Positions 51,263-61,744 of a stretch of DNA of 64,000 nt are shown piece after piece. The DNA lies in assembly GCA_963696385.1 (NCBI GenBank), contig CAVOKF010000005.1, positions 1,312,001 through 1,376,000 on the forward strand, given 5' to 3'. Every line of letters begins with the position of its first letter. Positions within the stretch are counted from its first letter, which is position 1. A program made the position numbers and the translations under genes. The stretch comes from an uncultured delta proteobacterium. Lineage in GTDB: Bacteria > Myxococcota_A > Polyangia > Polyangiales > Polyangiaceae. A model generated the notes under the pieces. It was not told the DNA's origin, did no database searches, and saw only the letters and a program-made list of their open reading frames with translations.

Positions 51263-52189
51263 ATGGATCGTTCCGGCGTGCGCAAGGCGCTGACACGGGT
51301 CGTAACGACGTGGGCCGCACTTTCCGCTGCCAGCGGGCCTTCCGACGCGCGCGCCGACGCATCGAGCGACGTCGAGAAGGCTCATAGCGCGTATGTCGCG
51401 CACAAGTACGAAGACGCGGAAAAACGTCTTCGCGCGCTGTTGGACGCGCATGCCGGGCCGCTCGACAATCCGGATGCGGTCGCGGACGCTCGCATGTACC
51501 TCGGCGCAGTGCTCGTCGCCGAGGGCAAGAAGGACCAGGCGGCTGAGGTATTCGAAGCCTTGCTCTTGGATCGACCCGACTACCAGCCGGACCCGCTGCG
51601 GGTATCGCTTCAGGCGATCGACGCGTTGATCGACGCTCGGACGCGACTGCGCGACAGACTGGAGGCGATCACGGCGCAAAGAGTGCGAAAGGCGCAAGAG
51701 GAGAAAGCGAGGATCGAAGCCGAGAAGCATCGGGAGGCTACGCGGTTGGCTCTCCTCGAGAAGTGGGCGAGTGAAGAGGTGTTCATCGAGCACAACTCGC
51801 GCTGGAAGGCCCTCGTGCCATTCGGCGCGGGTCAGTTTCAGAATCGGCAACCGACGCTGGGGTGGTCGTTGGTTGTGACTGAAGCTCTGTGGGTCGTTGG
51901 CAGCGCAGTCGGGGCTTCTCTCACGGTGTACAACGTCAATCAGGCGAACGCGGCGATTACGCGTCGAGACGCGACTGCGGCGCAGGCCTACCAAGGTCGG
52001 GCTCACGATGCGGCCCTATGGGGCGACTCGTTTGCCGCGGCATTTGCCATCACCGCGCTCGTCGGGATCGTCCATGCGGAGGTCACCTTCGTTCCGCAAC
52101 GCGTCGAGGTGCACAAGCGCGCCATTCCCGACGTCACATGGCGGCCGTTCATGGGCCCCGGCGCATTGGGCGTTGTCGGGACTTATTGA
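51263..52189 (+). CDS. Exported TPR-containing protein with C-terminal hydrophobic segments
   Basis: Signal peptide (ARA-D); ARMYLGAVLVAEGKKDQAAEVFEALL; PFGAGQFQN. Confidence 0.75.
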   Translation: MDRSGVRKALTRVVTTWAALSAASGPSDARADASSDVEKAHSAYVAHKYEDAEKRLRALLDAHAGPLDNPDAVADARMYLGAVLVAEGKKDQAAEVFEALLLDRPDYQPDPLRVSLQAIDALIDARTRLRDRLEAITAQRVRKAQEEKARIEAEKHREATRLALLEKWASEEVFIEHNSRWKALVPFGAGQFQNRQPTLGWSLVVTEALWVVGSAVGASLTVYNVNQANAAITRRDATAAQAYQGRAHDAALWGDSFAAAFAITALVGIVHAEVTFVPQRVEVHKRAIPDVTWRPFMGPGALGVVGTY

Positions 52190-52313
52190 GACGCGGCTGT
52201 GGGAAGGCCTAGCGCCCGGCTGGGTTTTGGGCCATTTACACCGACGCCGGACGACGATTGCGGGGGACCGCGAACATCCCCAATGTGGGGCCAAATCCTT
52301 AATAAGAGGCAAA

Positions 52314-53765
52314 GTGCGCATCGGCACCTACACGATTCCTACTGGACTTACGGTACTGTTGTCTTTTTATGGTTGCGCCGCACAGTCGAACTCTTCGTCT
52401 GGCGGCGGCAGCTCGAACGGCAGCGCGTCGAGCGCCTCCGAGACCAGTTCGACCTCGACCGGTTCTGCGGGGGGCGGGGCGAGCAGCTCGAGTCAGGGCG
52501 GCTCCGCCTCGAGCGCATCGGGTAGCTCCGGTTCGGCGTCGAGCAGCAGCTCGAACGGTGGCGCAAGTGCCACATCGAGCTCCAGTTCGGGCGCTGGCGC
52601 GTCCGCATGCACGTTACCGAGTGGGTCAACACCCACCGGTGCATTTGCGTTTCCTCAGAACAAGAAACTCTCGAACTGCACGTATCCGAGCGCGGCAACC
52701 CCAGAGCTCGTCTGCAACGCGTACAACAAGTGGTACGCCGGTATTACCACCACGACCGGAGCGCCGAGCGGTCGACGTGTCTACGACAAGACCTTCGACT
52801 CGGGCAACACGACGTCGGAGGGCATGGGCTACGGAATGCTCATTGCCGTGTACATGGGAGACAAGCCCACGTTCGACGCGTTTTGGCAATATGTCAAATC
52901 CGAGTTGTTCAACGGCTTGATGGGCTGGCACATCAATGCGACGGGCACTGCCATCGATCAGCACTCGGCGACCGACGCCGACGAAGACATGGCCTGGGCG
53001 TTGCTCATGGCAGACAAACAATGGGGCGGCAGCCCGTCATCCGGGGGAGGCACGTATCTGTCGTCGGCCACGAGCATGATCAGCAGCATCAAGAGTTCCG
53101 AGATGACCGGCAATCTGCCCACCGACGGCGACTACAGCGCGCCCGTGACCCATCCGGATTACGCGGCTCCGGACTACAATGCCGAATTCGCGACGGCTTC
53201 CGGCGATTCGAGCTGGAATGCGGTGAGTGCGGCCGAGTATGCGGCATTCGAGTCGGCCCGCAACGCGACGAGCGGCCTCATTCCGGACGCGACAACAGGA
53301 ACCGGCAACAACGTCTTCGGCTTCGACGCGTGCCGCGCGCCGTGGCGCGTCGGTGTCGACTACTGCTGGCACGGCAACGGGACGCAGACTTTCGGGCCAA
53401 CGCAGTTTCTGGGGCCGATGATGACCACCTTCAAGGGGTTGGCCGGAGCCACCTACCCCGGGACACTCGAGCTTCCGCTGAGTTTGACCGGATCGCCCAT
53501 GGCCGGCGCCACGACGACGGGGACGACGACGCAGCCGTCGCTTACCGGTGCGATTTCCGGGCCCGCTGCCGTTGCCGCGATGATGAGCTCCGCCAATCAG
53601 GCCTTCATCGATTCGTCGTGGCTTTGGCTGAAATCCTATGTGCCCACGGCGTCGACCGGCGGCATCTACGGCGCGGATGGGGACTACTTCGGTAGCACCC
53701 TGGCACTGCTCGCGATGATCATGCTCGACGGAGACTTCATCGATTACACCAACCCGCCCCCCTGA
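52314..53765 (+). CDS. Glycoside hydrolase family 8 lipoprotein with Ser/Gly-rich linker
   Basis: RBS AAGAGG, GTG start, FYGC lipobox; TTSEGMGYGML, SATDADEDMAWALLMA, FDACRAPWR. Confidence 0.88.
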   Translation: MRIGTYTIPTGLTVLLSFYGCAAQSNSSSGGGSSNGSASSASETSSTSTGSAGGGASSSSQGGSASSASGSSGSASSSSSNGGASATSSSSSGAGASACTLPSGSTPTGAFAFPQNKKLSNCTYPSAATPELVCNAYNKWYAGITTTTGAPSGRRVYDKTFDSGNTTSEGMGYGMLIAVYMGDKPTFDAFWQYVKSELFNGLMGWHINATGTAIDQHSATDADEDMAWALLMADKQWGGSPSSGGGTYLSSATSMISSIKSSEMTGNLPTDGDYSAPVTHPDYAAPDYNAEFATASGDSSWNAVSAAEYAAFESARNATSGLIPDATTGTGNNVFGFDACRAPWRVGVDYCWHGNGTQTFGPTQFLGPMMTTFKGLAGATYPGTLELPLSLTGSPMAGATTTGTTTQPSLTGAISGPAAVAAMMSSANQAFIDSSWLWLKSYVPTASTGGIYGADGDYFGSTLALLAMIMLDGDFIDYTNPPP

Positions 53766-53866
53766 CGGGTTCCGCGTCGGGGCCGTCGCGCGCCTCGCGC
53801 ACCGCCGCGGGCCAGGGTGGGCGAGGAATCGTTGCTTTTTCCGATCGCCATGGGCCGTCGTAACGC

Positions 53867-54789
53867 TCAAAGAGCTTCGCGAACGAACAGATCTTCGAGC
53901 GTTTCCCTTTTGGGCATGATGCTTTGCAGCCTCGCCCCCTCGGCGAGGACGCGCTCGACCACGGCGCGCACGGCGGCGTCGCCTTCGACCTCCATCACCA
54001 GCGTGTCGCCCACTTGGCGCGCCGAGCTCGTCACAGGCTCGAGACCCAGGCGAAGCGCGTCCGTCGCCCCGGCCACGGTGATCTCACTGCGGCGCTTGCC
54101 CTCCGCGAGGAGCTCGTTGAGAGATCCCGACACGACCACTTGTCCCTTTCGCATGATGGACACGCGATCGCAAAGCATCTCGACGTCACTCAGAATGTGA
54201 CTCGAGAAGAAAACGGTCCGGCCGCGATGGCGCTCCTCCACGATGAGGTCGCGCACCTCCTTGCGTCCGACCGGGTCTAGGCCGCTCATCGGCTCGTCGA
54301 GGATCAGTAGCTCGGGATCGTGAACGAGCGTTGCGGCGAGGGCGGTACGCTGCAGCATGCCTTTCGAAAGGGACTTGGCCGGTCGATCGATGGCCTCCGC
54401 GAGGCCGACCCGTTCGATGACGCCGAGGACTCGTTCGCGCAGCCGAACCCCGGATAGCCCGGACAGTCGAGCGCAGAGCGTCACGAACTCGCGCGGCGTC
54501 AGGTAAGGATGAACGTATGCATTTCGGGAAGGAAGCCGACCTGCGCCATCGCATCGGGCGCCGGGATACGCGCGCCGAAAATTTCCATCCTGCCGCGCGT
54601 CGGGGCGACGAGTCCTGCCAGCATCTTGATCGTCGTGGTCTTGCCGGCTCCGTTCGGTCCGAGGAATCCGAAAATCTCGCCGCGCCGCACGTTCAGGCAG
54701 ACGCCTCGCACGGCATCTACACGCCGCCGGGTAAACGGCTTGCGGTACTGCTTGGTCACGTCGACCGCGATGAGCACGGCTTCGGTCAC
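53867..54789 (-). CDS. ABC transporter ATP-binding protein, split by a 1-nt deletion at about 54523
   Basis: GPNGAGKTT in the 5' part; LSKGM, LILDEP and SSH in the 3' part; one extra A restores FLPENAYVHPYLTPREF. Confidence 0.88.
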
Positions 54790-56180
54790 GCCTTCTTTTC
54801 CTCCGATCGCGTGTCGGGGGGCCCCCGTTCGGGGAGCTCGTACTCGTGCAGCTTGTATTGGATTTTTCGCGGGCTGACCCCGAGCACGGTCGCCGCTCGG
54901 GACGTGGATCCGCCGCAGGCCTCGAGAGTTTTCAGAATCGCGTAGCGCTCCAGATCCGCAATGGTGGAACCGGGAATGGGAGGTGGTCCGTCGCGTTCGC
55001 TGTACGGGATGACCGCGGGCGGCAGGTGCTTTCGCTCGATGTGCGCCCCGTCGCACAGAACCACCGCACGCTCGATGACGTTTTCGAGCTCGCGGACGTT
55101 GCCCGGCCAGCGGTACTCGAGCAACGCGCGAAGGGCATCGTCGGTGAAGGTGTCGATCGTTTTCCCATTCTCGGCCGCGTAGCGTCGGAGGAAGAAACTG
55201 GCGAGAACGGGAATGTCCGCGCGCCGATCGCGGAGCGGGGGGAGCTCGATCGTGACGACGTTCAGCCGGTAGAACAGGTCCTCGCGAAACGATCCCTTCT
55301 TGATCTCGGCGCCCAGATCACGGTTGGTCGCAGCGATCACGCGGACGTCGACTCGCAGCGTTTCGTTGCCACCGACGCGCTCGAACGTCCTCTCCTGAAG
55401 GAAGCGAAGAAGCTTGACCTGGACGGCGGCAGGCACTTCGCCGATTTCGTCGAGAAACAGCGTTCCCCCGTCGGCCTGCTCGAAGCGTCCTTCGCGTCTG
55501 GCGACTGCCCCAGTGAACGCCCCGCGCTCATGCCCGAAGAGCTCCGACTCGAGGAGCGATTCGCTCAATGCGGCGCAGTGGAGTCGCACGAACGGCGCCT
55601 TGGCCCGAGGGCTCGCGGCGTGAACCGCCTCGGCAATCAACTCCTTGCCCGTTCCACTCTCGCCGATCACGAGCACGCTGGCCCGGCTGGGACCCACTTG
55701 AGCGACGAGCTCCAACACGGAGTCCATCGTCGGGTCGCTCGACACGATGTGACTGAACGCATTTCGCTCCCGCAAGCGATCACGGAGCCGCTGGGCCTCC
55801 TGGACCAAACGAGCCTTCTCCATGGCCCGCTCGACCACGGCGCCGAGCGCTTCGGGGTCCAGCGGTTTGAGAAGATAGTTCTCGGCGCCCTTCTTCATGG
55901 CCAGGACTGCACTCGATATCGTTCCGAAGGCCGTCATGACGACGAACGCGGCGCCCGGGGCCGCGGCTCGGGCCTTTTCCATGAATGCGATGCCGTCCAG
56001 TCCCGGCATCTTCAGGTCGGTCAGGATGACGTCGGGAGCGAACTCGTCGATCTTGCCAAGGGCTTTGAATCCGTCGGCCGCAGTCTCCGTTGCGTACCCC
56101 TCTTCGCGCAAAATTTCGCTCAGCGCTGCACGTGCGTTGGATTCGTCGTCCACGATCAGAATGCGGCCACGGTGCGGCAT
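54786..56180 (-). CDS. Sigma-54-dependent response regulator (NtrC/AtoC family)
   Basis: Receiver (IVDD, DLKMP), [31 protein letters not shown], Fis-type HTH. Confidence 0.96.
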   Translation of the reverse strand: MPHRGRILIVDDESNARAALSEILREEGYATETAADGFKALGKIDEFAPDVILTDLKMPGLDGIAFMEKARAAAPGAAFVVMTAFGTISSAVLAMKKGAENYLLKPLDPEALGAVVERAMEKARLVQEAQRLRDRLRERNAFSHIVSSDPTMDSVLELVAQVGPSRASVLVIGESGTGKELIAEAVHAASPRAKAPFVRLHCAALSESLLESELFGHERGAFTGAVARREGRFEQADGGTLFLDEIGEVPAAVQVKLLRFLQERTFERVGGNETLRVDVRVIAATNRDLGAEIKKGSFREDLFYRLNVVTIELPPLRDRRADIPVLASFFLRRYAAENGKTIDTFTDDALRALLEYRWPGNVRELENVIERAVVLCDGAHIERKHLPPAVIPYSERDGPPPIPGSTIADLERYAILKTLEACGGSTSRAATVLGVSPRKIQYKLHEYELPERGPPDTRSEEKKA

Positions 56181-56308
56181 GTGCAGGATGCGAATGCTTT
56201 TGACGAAAGGCTTGTGGAGAACGAGCCTAGCTTAGTGATAAAAACCAGCCGGTGAGAATTCGTGGTCGACGCGCATGCTTACTCCGTGTGCGCGCATCGG
56301 GGAGAGGC

Positions 56309-58660
56309 ATGAACCACTACCGCGCGTGGATTTCGACTATAGCGAGAACGGCTGGGGCCGCGGTCGTGGTGTGGGCGCCCATCGTCCACGCGCAATCCAC
56401 CGGCGGGAGCCCACCCCCCGCCGCCTCCTCCGCGCCGTCGAGCGTGGCGGTCCCGGGCGGATCCGCTGCACCCTCGCCCGCGAGCGCGCCCTCGGCGAAC
56501 AGCCCTCCGTCCGCGTCCGCCGCGGCGACAGCGCCACCGGCGACACCGGCGACTTCGGCTCCGACGGCCTCCGCTCCGGCCGCACCGTCTGCCGCAGACG
56601 AGGCTCCGGCTGGCGACGGTTCCGCCTCGCAGGTCCCGCCGTCCGGGGAGGGGGAGGAGTGGGTCGCGCGAGATCGCGACCTCGACGAATCGAACACCCT
56701 GACGGGCGGTGCCGGGCTGCTTCGAACGCAGCACGCCGAGAGCGGTTCACCCGGGCAATTTCGGCTCGGCTTCGTGGCCGAGTGGTTCCGCGCCGGGTTC
56801 CTATGCACATCCGCGTTCCCGTGTCCGACTCCGAACGGCGGCGTCCCGTTGACCCACGACGTGCTCGACCATATTGGTGGGACGCTGTCGCTTGGGGTGT
56901 CGATTGTGAAGATCGGTCCTGGAACGCTCGAAGGGTATGCGTCGACAACGACCTACGCCAACAGCGACACCGCCAACAATCCGGCGCTGCTCCAGGTGCT
57001 CGGCGATACGAACCTTGCCGTGAAGTACGTCGCACCGATTGGCGACGTGATGCGCGCCGGGGCGTTCACCGAACTTTGGCTGATCAATGGGTCCGGCTCC
57101 GTTGGGCTCGACGGCGGCGGTACAAGCGCGAAGTTCGGTGGTGTTGGGACGGCCGATTTTCGCGGGTTGGCCTCGCCCGTGCCTCTCCGATTCAGCGCCA
57201 ACCTCGTGTATTCGCTCGACAATACGGGAGCCGTACTCGCCAGTACCGAGTCGGCGCTCGGCACACCGGTCACACGCATCGAGCGCTACGGTCTCGGCGT
57301 GAACCGTGTCGATCACGTCGACGTGCTGCTGGGCGGCGAGGGCCTTTTTGCCGAGGAGCGCGTTCGGCCTTTCATCGAAGCGCACGTTCTCGTCGCGAGC
57401 AATCGGCAACAGTACCAGTGCCCGCAGGTCAATCCGAGTGGCGACAACTGCTTGAAGTTCGACAGCGACGCGGAATCGACGTTGACGATCGGCAGCCGGT
57501 TTTTCCCGTGGAAGCGTGGATTCTCAATCCTTACGGCACTCGACATCGGCTTGACCGGTACGAAGAACTTCATCGAGGAACTGCAGCCGATTGCGCCGTG
57601 GACCCTCTACATCGGGGGCGGCTGGGCGATCGACACCTGGGACCGGCCTCCCGTGGTCCGGACGGTCGAGAAAGCGATCGAGAGAGGGCCCACGACCGTT
57701 CACGTGGTCGGCTTCGTGCACGAAAAGGACAAGAATGACGCCGTGGCTGGCGCGATCGCGAGCTACCGGGACCGAGCGGACCTCACACCCCTGGCCACCG
57801 GAGCCGACGGCAAGTTCTCCGACGACGTGCCGCCCGGCGCCTACTCGTACGAGATCCGTGCAGACGGTTACAAGCCGGCCACGTGCGACGCCGACGCGAC
57901 CAAACCGGCGCCGGGTCCTCAGGCGCGAGCCCAGGTCGACATCGATTGTCCGCTCGAAGCGGTTCCGCGAGCAGGCACGGTGCTCGGTGTCGTGCGCGAC
58001 GCGGACACGAGTCAAGCGCTGGCCGGCGTGCAGCTCGTGTTGACCGACCCGCAGCACAAGGAGCTGCGGCTCGCGACGGATGCCAACGGACGGTTCCGTT
58101 TCGAGGCCGTGGCACCTGGGACGGGCGAGTTGAGCGTGATCGCGGACGGCTACCTCGCGCTCGTAACGCCGACCGATGTCAAGGCGCGCCAGGAGAGCAC
58201 GATCGATCTGTTGCTGAGGCCCAAGCCGAAACAGCCGAGCGTCGTCGTGACCGCGAAGGAGATCACGATCAAGGACCAGATCCAGTTCGCGCTGGACAGC
58301 TCCGTGATCCTTCCTCAGTCGTTCGGTCTGCTCACGGAGGTCGCCGATACGCTCATTCGGCACAGCGAGCTCAAACACGTCGAAGTCGAAGGCCACACGG
58401 ACAACAGCGGCACCCCGGATCACAACCGCGTGCTGAGCGACGAGCGGGCGTCCGCCGTACGATCGTGGCTCGTTCAACACGGCGTCTTGGCCGACCGACT
58501 CGTGGCTCGCGGCTACGGCCAGGACAAGCCGCTCGTTCCGAACGTCACGGCAGCGAACCGCGCCCGAAACCGACGAGTGCAGTTCATCATCCTCGAACGC
58601 GACGCGACGATCCCGGGCTCGGCGCCTGCCGATCGGAAGCCCGAGCCGCCCGGCTTCTGA
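56309..58660 (+). CDS. OmpA family protein (beta-barrel, carboxypeptidase-regulatory-like domains, OmpA_C)
   Basis: Signal peptide and P/A/S-rich linker; VEGHTD..N..LSDERA..V, ARGYG..P, NRRVQF. Confidence 0.9.
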   Translation: MNHYRAWISTIARTAGAAVVVWAPIVHAQSTGGSPPPAASSAPSSVAVPGGSAAPSPASAPSANSPPSASAAATAPPATPATSAPTASAPAAPSAADEAPAGDGSASQVPPSGEGEEWVARDRDLDESNTLTGGAGLLRTQHAESGSPGQFRLGFVAEWFRAGFLCTSAFPCPTPNGGVPLTHDVLDHIGGTLSLGVSIVKIGPGTLEGYASTTTYANSDTANNPALLQVLGDTNLAVKYVAPIGDVMRAGAFTELWLINGSGSVGLDGGGTSAKFGGVGTADFRGLASPVPLRFSANLVYSLDNTGAVLASTESALGTPVTRIERYGLGVNRVDHVDVLLGGEGLFAEERVRPFIEAHVLVASNRQQYQCPQVNPSGDNCLKFDSDAESTLTIGSRFFPWKRGFSILTALDIGLTGTKNFIEELQPIAPWTLYIGGGWAIDTWDRPPVVRTVEKAIERGPTTVHVVGFVHEKDKNDAVAGAIASYRDRADLTPLATGADGKFSDDVPPGAYSYEIRADGYKPATCDADATKPAPGPQARAQVDIDCPLEAVPRAGTVLGVVRDADTSQALAGVQLVLTDPQHKELRLATDANGRFRFEAVAPGTGELSVIADGYLALVTPTDVKARQESTIDLLLRPKPKQPSVVVTAKEITIKDQIQFALDSSVILPQSFGLLTEVADTLIRHSELKHVEVEGHTDNSGTPDHNRVLSDERASAVRSWLVQHGVLADRLVARGYGQDKPLVPNVTAANRARNRRVQFIILERDATIPGSAPADRKPEPPGF

Positions 58661-58737
58661 CGACGGCGGTTCAAGGGACTTGATCGGGGTCGGGTGCGAG
58701 GCTACGGTGTGGGGCCCTGTTTGGTGGTTTTGAAGAG

Positions 58738-58772
58738 CGCGGGACCCCAAGTCGGGGCCCGCGTTTTTTTTT
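58738..58772 (+). terminator. Intrinsic terminator in the rimP leader (possible attenuator)
   Basis: CGCGGG-A-CCCC-AAGTC-GGGG-CCCGCG followed by a T9 run, 32 nt before the rimP ATG. Confidence 0.75.
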
Positions 58773-58804
58773 GGCACGGCTCCCACCCGCTCGGGCACCC
58801 AGTC

Positions 58805-59359
58805 ATGGCAACCACCTTGAGCTCTACCGTTCACGGCGTCGATCGCGAGGCGCTCCTGCGTGTCGTCGAGCCGATCGCGCACGCTCACGGGGCGGAGCTC
58901 GTCGAGGTCGAATTCCGCCCGGAGCGTGGCGGCTGGGTTTTGCGAGTGTTCGTCGAGAAGCGGGGGGCCGCGGAGCACAACCTGTCGACACGCGACGCGG
59001 CCGTGACGCTCGAGCTGTGCGCGAACGTCTCGCGCGATCTGAGCCCGGCGCTGGACGTCGCCGATCTGATACCGCACGCCTATCATTTGGAAGTCAGCTC
59101 GCCGGGCGTTGAGAGACCGCTGAAGGGGGAGAGAGACTTCGTCCGGTTTGCCGGCCAAAAAGCAAAGGTGAAGCTCCGGCGCGTGCCCGACGGCATGGCG
59201 GGTCCTCGGGTCATCGTCGGGACCCTCGACGGAGTCGCGGGAAACAAAATCAGAATCATCGAGGGCAGGGGCGTTCGCGAAGTGCCTCTCGCTGACGTAG
59301 ACAGCGCACGTCTCATTTTCGAATTCGGCACGCCCGCGGTTGAGCCGCGGCGTGGCTAG
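58805..59359 (+). CDS. rimP: Ribosome maturation factor RimP
   Basis: VLRVFVEK, LELCANVSRDLSPALD, YHLEVSSPGVERPL. Confidence 0.95.
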   Translation: MATTLSSTVHGVDREALLRVVEPIAHAHGAELVEVEFRPERGGWVLRVFVEKRGAAEHNLSTRDAAVTLELCANVSRDLSPALDVADLIPHAYHLEVSSPGVERPLKGERDFVRFAGQKAKVKLRRVPDGMAGPRVIVGTLDGVAGNKIRIIEGRGVREVPLADVDSARLIFEFGTPAVEPRRG

Positions 59360-59377
59360 GGAACACCGAGGAACATC

Positions 59378-61046
59378 ATGGCGATTCAACAGCAGCAGTC
59401 CGGCTCGGGCGATCTGACGCTCTTGCAGGCCATCGAGATGGTGGCCAAGGACAAAGGGATCGACAAGACGCGGCTCGTCAAGACCGTCGAGGAGGCCATC
59501 CTCAAGGCTGCGCAAAGTGTCTTCGGGGCGACTCGCGAGCTCGAGGCGCGGTTCAACGAGGACACGGGTCAAGTCGACCTCTTTCAGTATATGACCGTGG
59601 TCGACGACGTGGCCGACGAAGATCGCGAGATCGCGCTCGAGGACGCGCTGCGCCTCGGCCTCGAAGCAGCAATGGGCGAGGAGCTCGGGTTCCAGATCTT
59701 CTGGCATCCTTTGGATGCCAAAAAGGCTGCGGAGCAGGACAAGGACTACGGAGACATCCTTCGCGTCAAGCAAGCGCGCCAGGCCTTCGGTCGCATCGCG
59801 GCGCAGACGGCCAAGCAGGTGCTCATTCAGAGAGTTCGTGATGAAGAGCGCGATCTCATCTTCAACGAATTCAAAGATCGAAAGGGGGAGCTCATCAAGG
59901 GTGTCGTGAGGCGCTTCGAGAAGGGCAACAACCTCATCGTTGACCTTGGTCGCACGGAGGGGATCTTGCCATTTCCGGGAGCAGACACCGCGCGAGACCT
60001 ACCGTCCCGGGGATCGAATCGTCGCGTACGTGAAGGAGATCGACCGCGAAGCGCGCGGTCCGCAGGTCATCTTGTCGCGCAACGATCCGCGTTTGGTCGA
60101 GAAGCTGTTCGAGGCGGAGGTGCCCGAGATCTACGAAGGAATCGTCAAGATCGTCGCGTGCGCGCGCGAGCCGGGGGCCCGTTCGAAGATTGCCGTGACG
60201 AGCCGCGATGCCGATGTCGACCCGGTTGGCGCTTGCGTCGGCATGAAGGGCGCGCGGGTGCAAGCCGTCGTGCAGGAGCTTCGTGGCGAGAAGATCGACA
60301 TCGTGCCGTTCGATCGCGATCCGGCCCGTTTCGTGTGCGCGGCGATCCAGCCGGCCGAGGTGAGCAAGGTGATCGTCGATGAGGCCGACGGACGTATGGA
60401 GCTGGTCGTCCCCGACGAAAAGCTGTCGCTGGCGATCGGGCGTAAGGGCCAGAACGTGCGGCTCGCCGCGCAACTGTCCGGGTGGAAGCTCGACATCATC
60501 AGCGAGAGCAAATTCAAGCAGATGGAAGAGGAGGCGGTTGCGCAGCTGCAGCAGATCGAAGGCGTCTCCGAGGCGATTGCCCGGAGCATGTATCGCCTGG
60601 GGTTCCGTACGCTCGAAGAGCTCGCCGAGGCGAGCGAGCAAGAGCTCGCATCGATTCCGGGCTTGGCCGGCGCCGACGCCGCGTCACGCGTGCGATCGAA
60701 CGCGGAAACGACCATGGAGCGCCTGCGGCAAGACCGGATTCGAGCAGCGTCGGCGCGGACCGAGCCGCTCACCGAGCGAGAACGCCTGCTCTTCATCCGA
60801 GGCGTGGGGGAGCGTACCGTGCAGTTGCTGGAGGATGCGGGCTACCGGACCGTCGAGGACATCCTGCGAGAAGACGAGGACAAGCTGGCGATCAAGACCG
60901 GCTTAGGGATCAAGAAGGCACGCGCCATCAAGCATGGCGCGGAGCACTTCCTGTCCAGTGAATCCAAGGCCATCGAAGCGGCCCGGCGGGAAGCCATTGC
61001 CAAGGCGCGGGAGTCGGCTCAGGCGGCGGCTCAACCTCAGACCTGA
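59378..61046 (+). CDS. nusA: Transcription termination factor NusA, split by a 1-nt insertion at about 59972-59976
   Basis: FGRIAAQTAKQV in the first frame; REPGARSKIAV, DPVGACVG, LAIGRKGQNVRLA in the second; deleting one base gives ILPFREQTPRE. Confidence 0.95.
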
Positions 61047-61060
61047 GCGGAAAAGAAAGC

Positions 61061-61744
61061 ATGCGGGCGGTAATGGACCGACGACGAGACGCCGACCGGC
61101 GAACGCCCACTCGGACGTGCGTTGGCTGCGGCTTGCCCGACGCTGCCGCTCGGATGGTTCGAGTCGTCATGGCCGAGGCTACCGGGCAACGTGCGCGATT
61201 CGCTGAATCCGCGCCAATCGATGCCGGTATCGTCTTCGATCTCGCGGGCGGCTCGTTCGGGCGCGGCGCGCATGTTCATGCTCGCACGGCCTGCCTGTTG
61301 AAGGCGCCCCGGGGCATCGCTCGATCTTTCCGGCGGAACGTCTCGACCGGCGCCGACGAGATGGGGCGACGGCTGGTCGCGGCTTGCGACCAAAGAATGG
61401 TCGGACTCGTCCTCGCCTCGCGACGAATTGGCGCACTCGACATCGGTGCCGACGCCTCGTTCGAAGCCATTCGACGCGGTGCCCCGCTGGCGATCGTCGC
61501 CGTGGATGCCGGAACCGTCGCGTCCAGCTTGGAGGTCACACGCGCGGTAGCCGAGGGGCGCGCGATCGCGTGGAGCAACAAAAGTGATCTCGGGGGCTTG
61601 CTCGGGGAGCGAGCCGTCGCAATTTGTGCGGTTCGCCACGATGCGATTGCGCTGGAGCTGAAGCGGATGCGCGCTGCGGCCGACGCGGGCGTGGCAGTGA
61701 CGAGAGAAGGTGCGGAATGCAGCAGATGTCCGGAGGCTCGATGA
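61061..61744 (+). CDS. YlxR/DUF448 domain fused to an L7Ae/YlxQ-like domain
   Basis: RTCVGC...GRGAHVH...CL.KA, then LVLASRRIG...[15 protein letters not shown]. Confidence 0.8.
   Translation: MRAVMDRRRDADRRTPTRTCVGCGLPDAAARMVRVVMAEATGQRARFAESAPIDAGIVFDLAGGSFGRGAHVHARTACLLKAPRGIARSFRRNVSTGADEMGRRLVAACDQRMVGLVLASRRIGALDIGADASFEAIRRGAPLAIVAVDAGTVASSLEVTRAVAEGRAIAWSNKSDLGGLLGERAVAICAVRHDAIALELKRMRAAADAGVAVTREGAECSRCPEAR

Noticed and set aside
59972..59976. Programmed frameshifting in nusA
   Set aside because: No canonical slippery heptamer, and several similar indels in the window favour sequence error.
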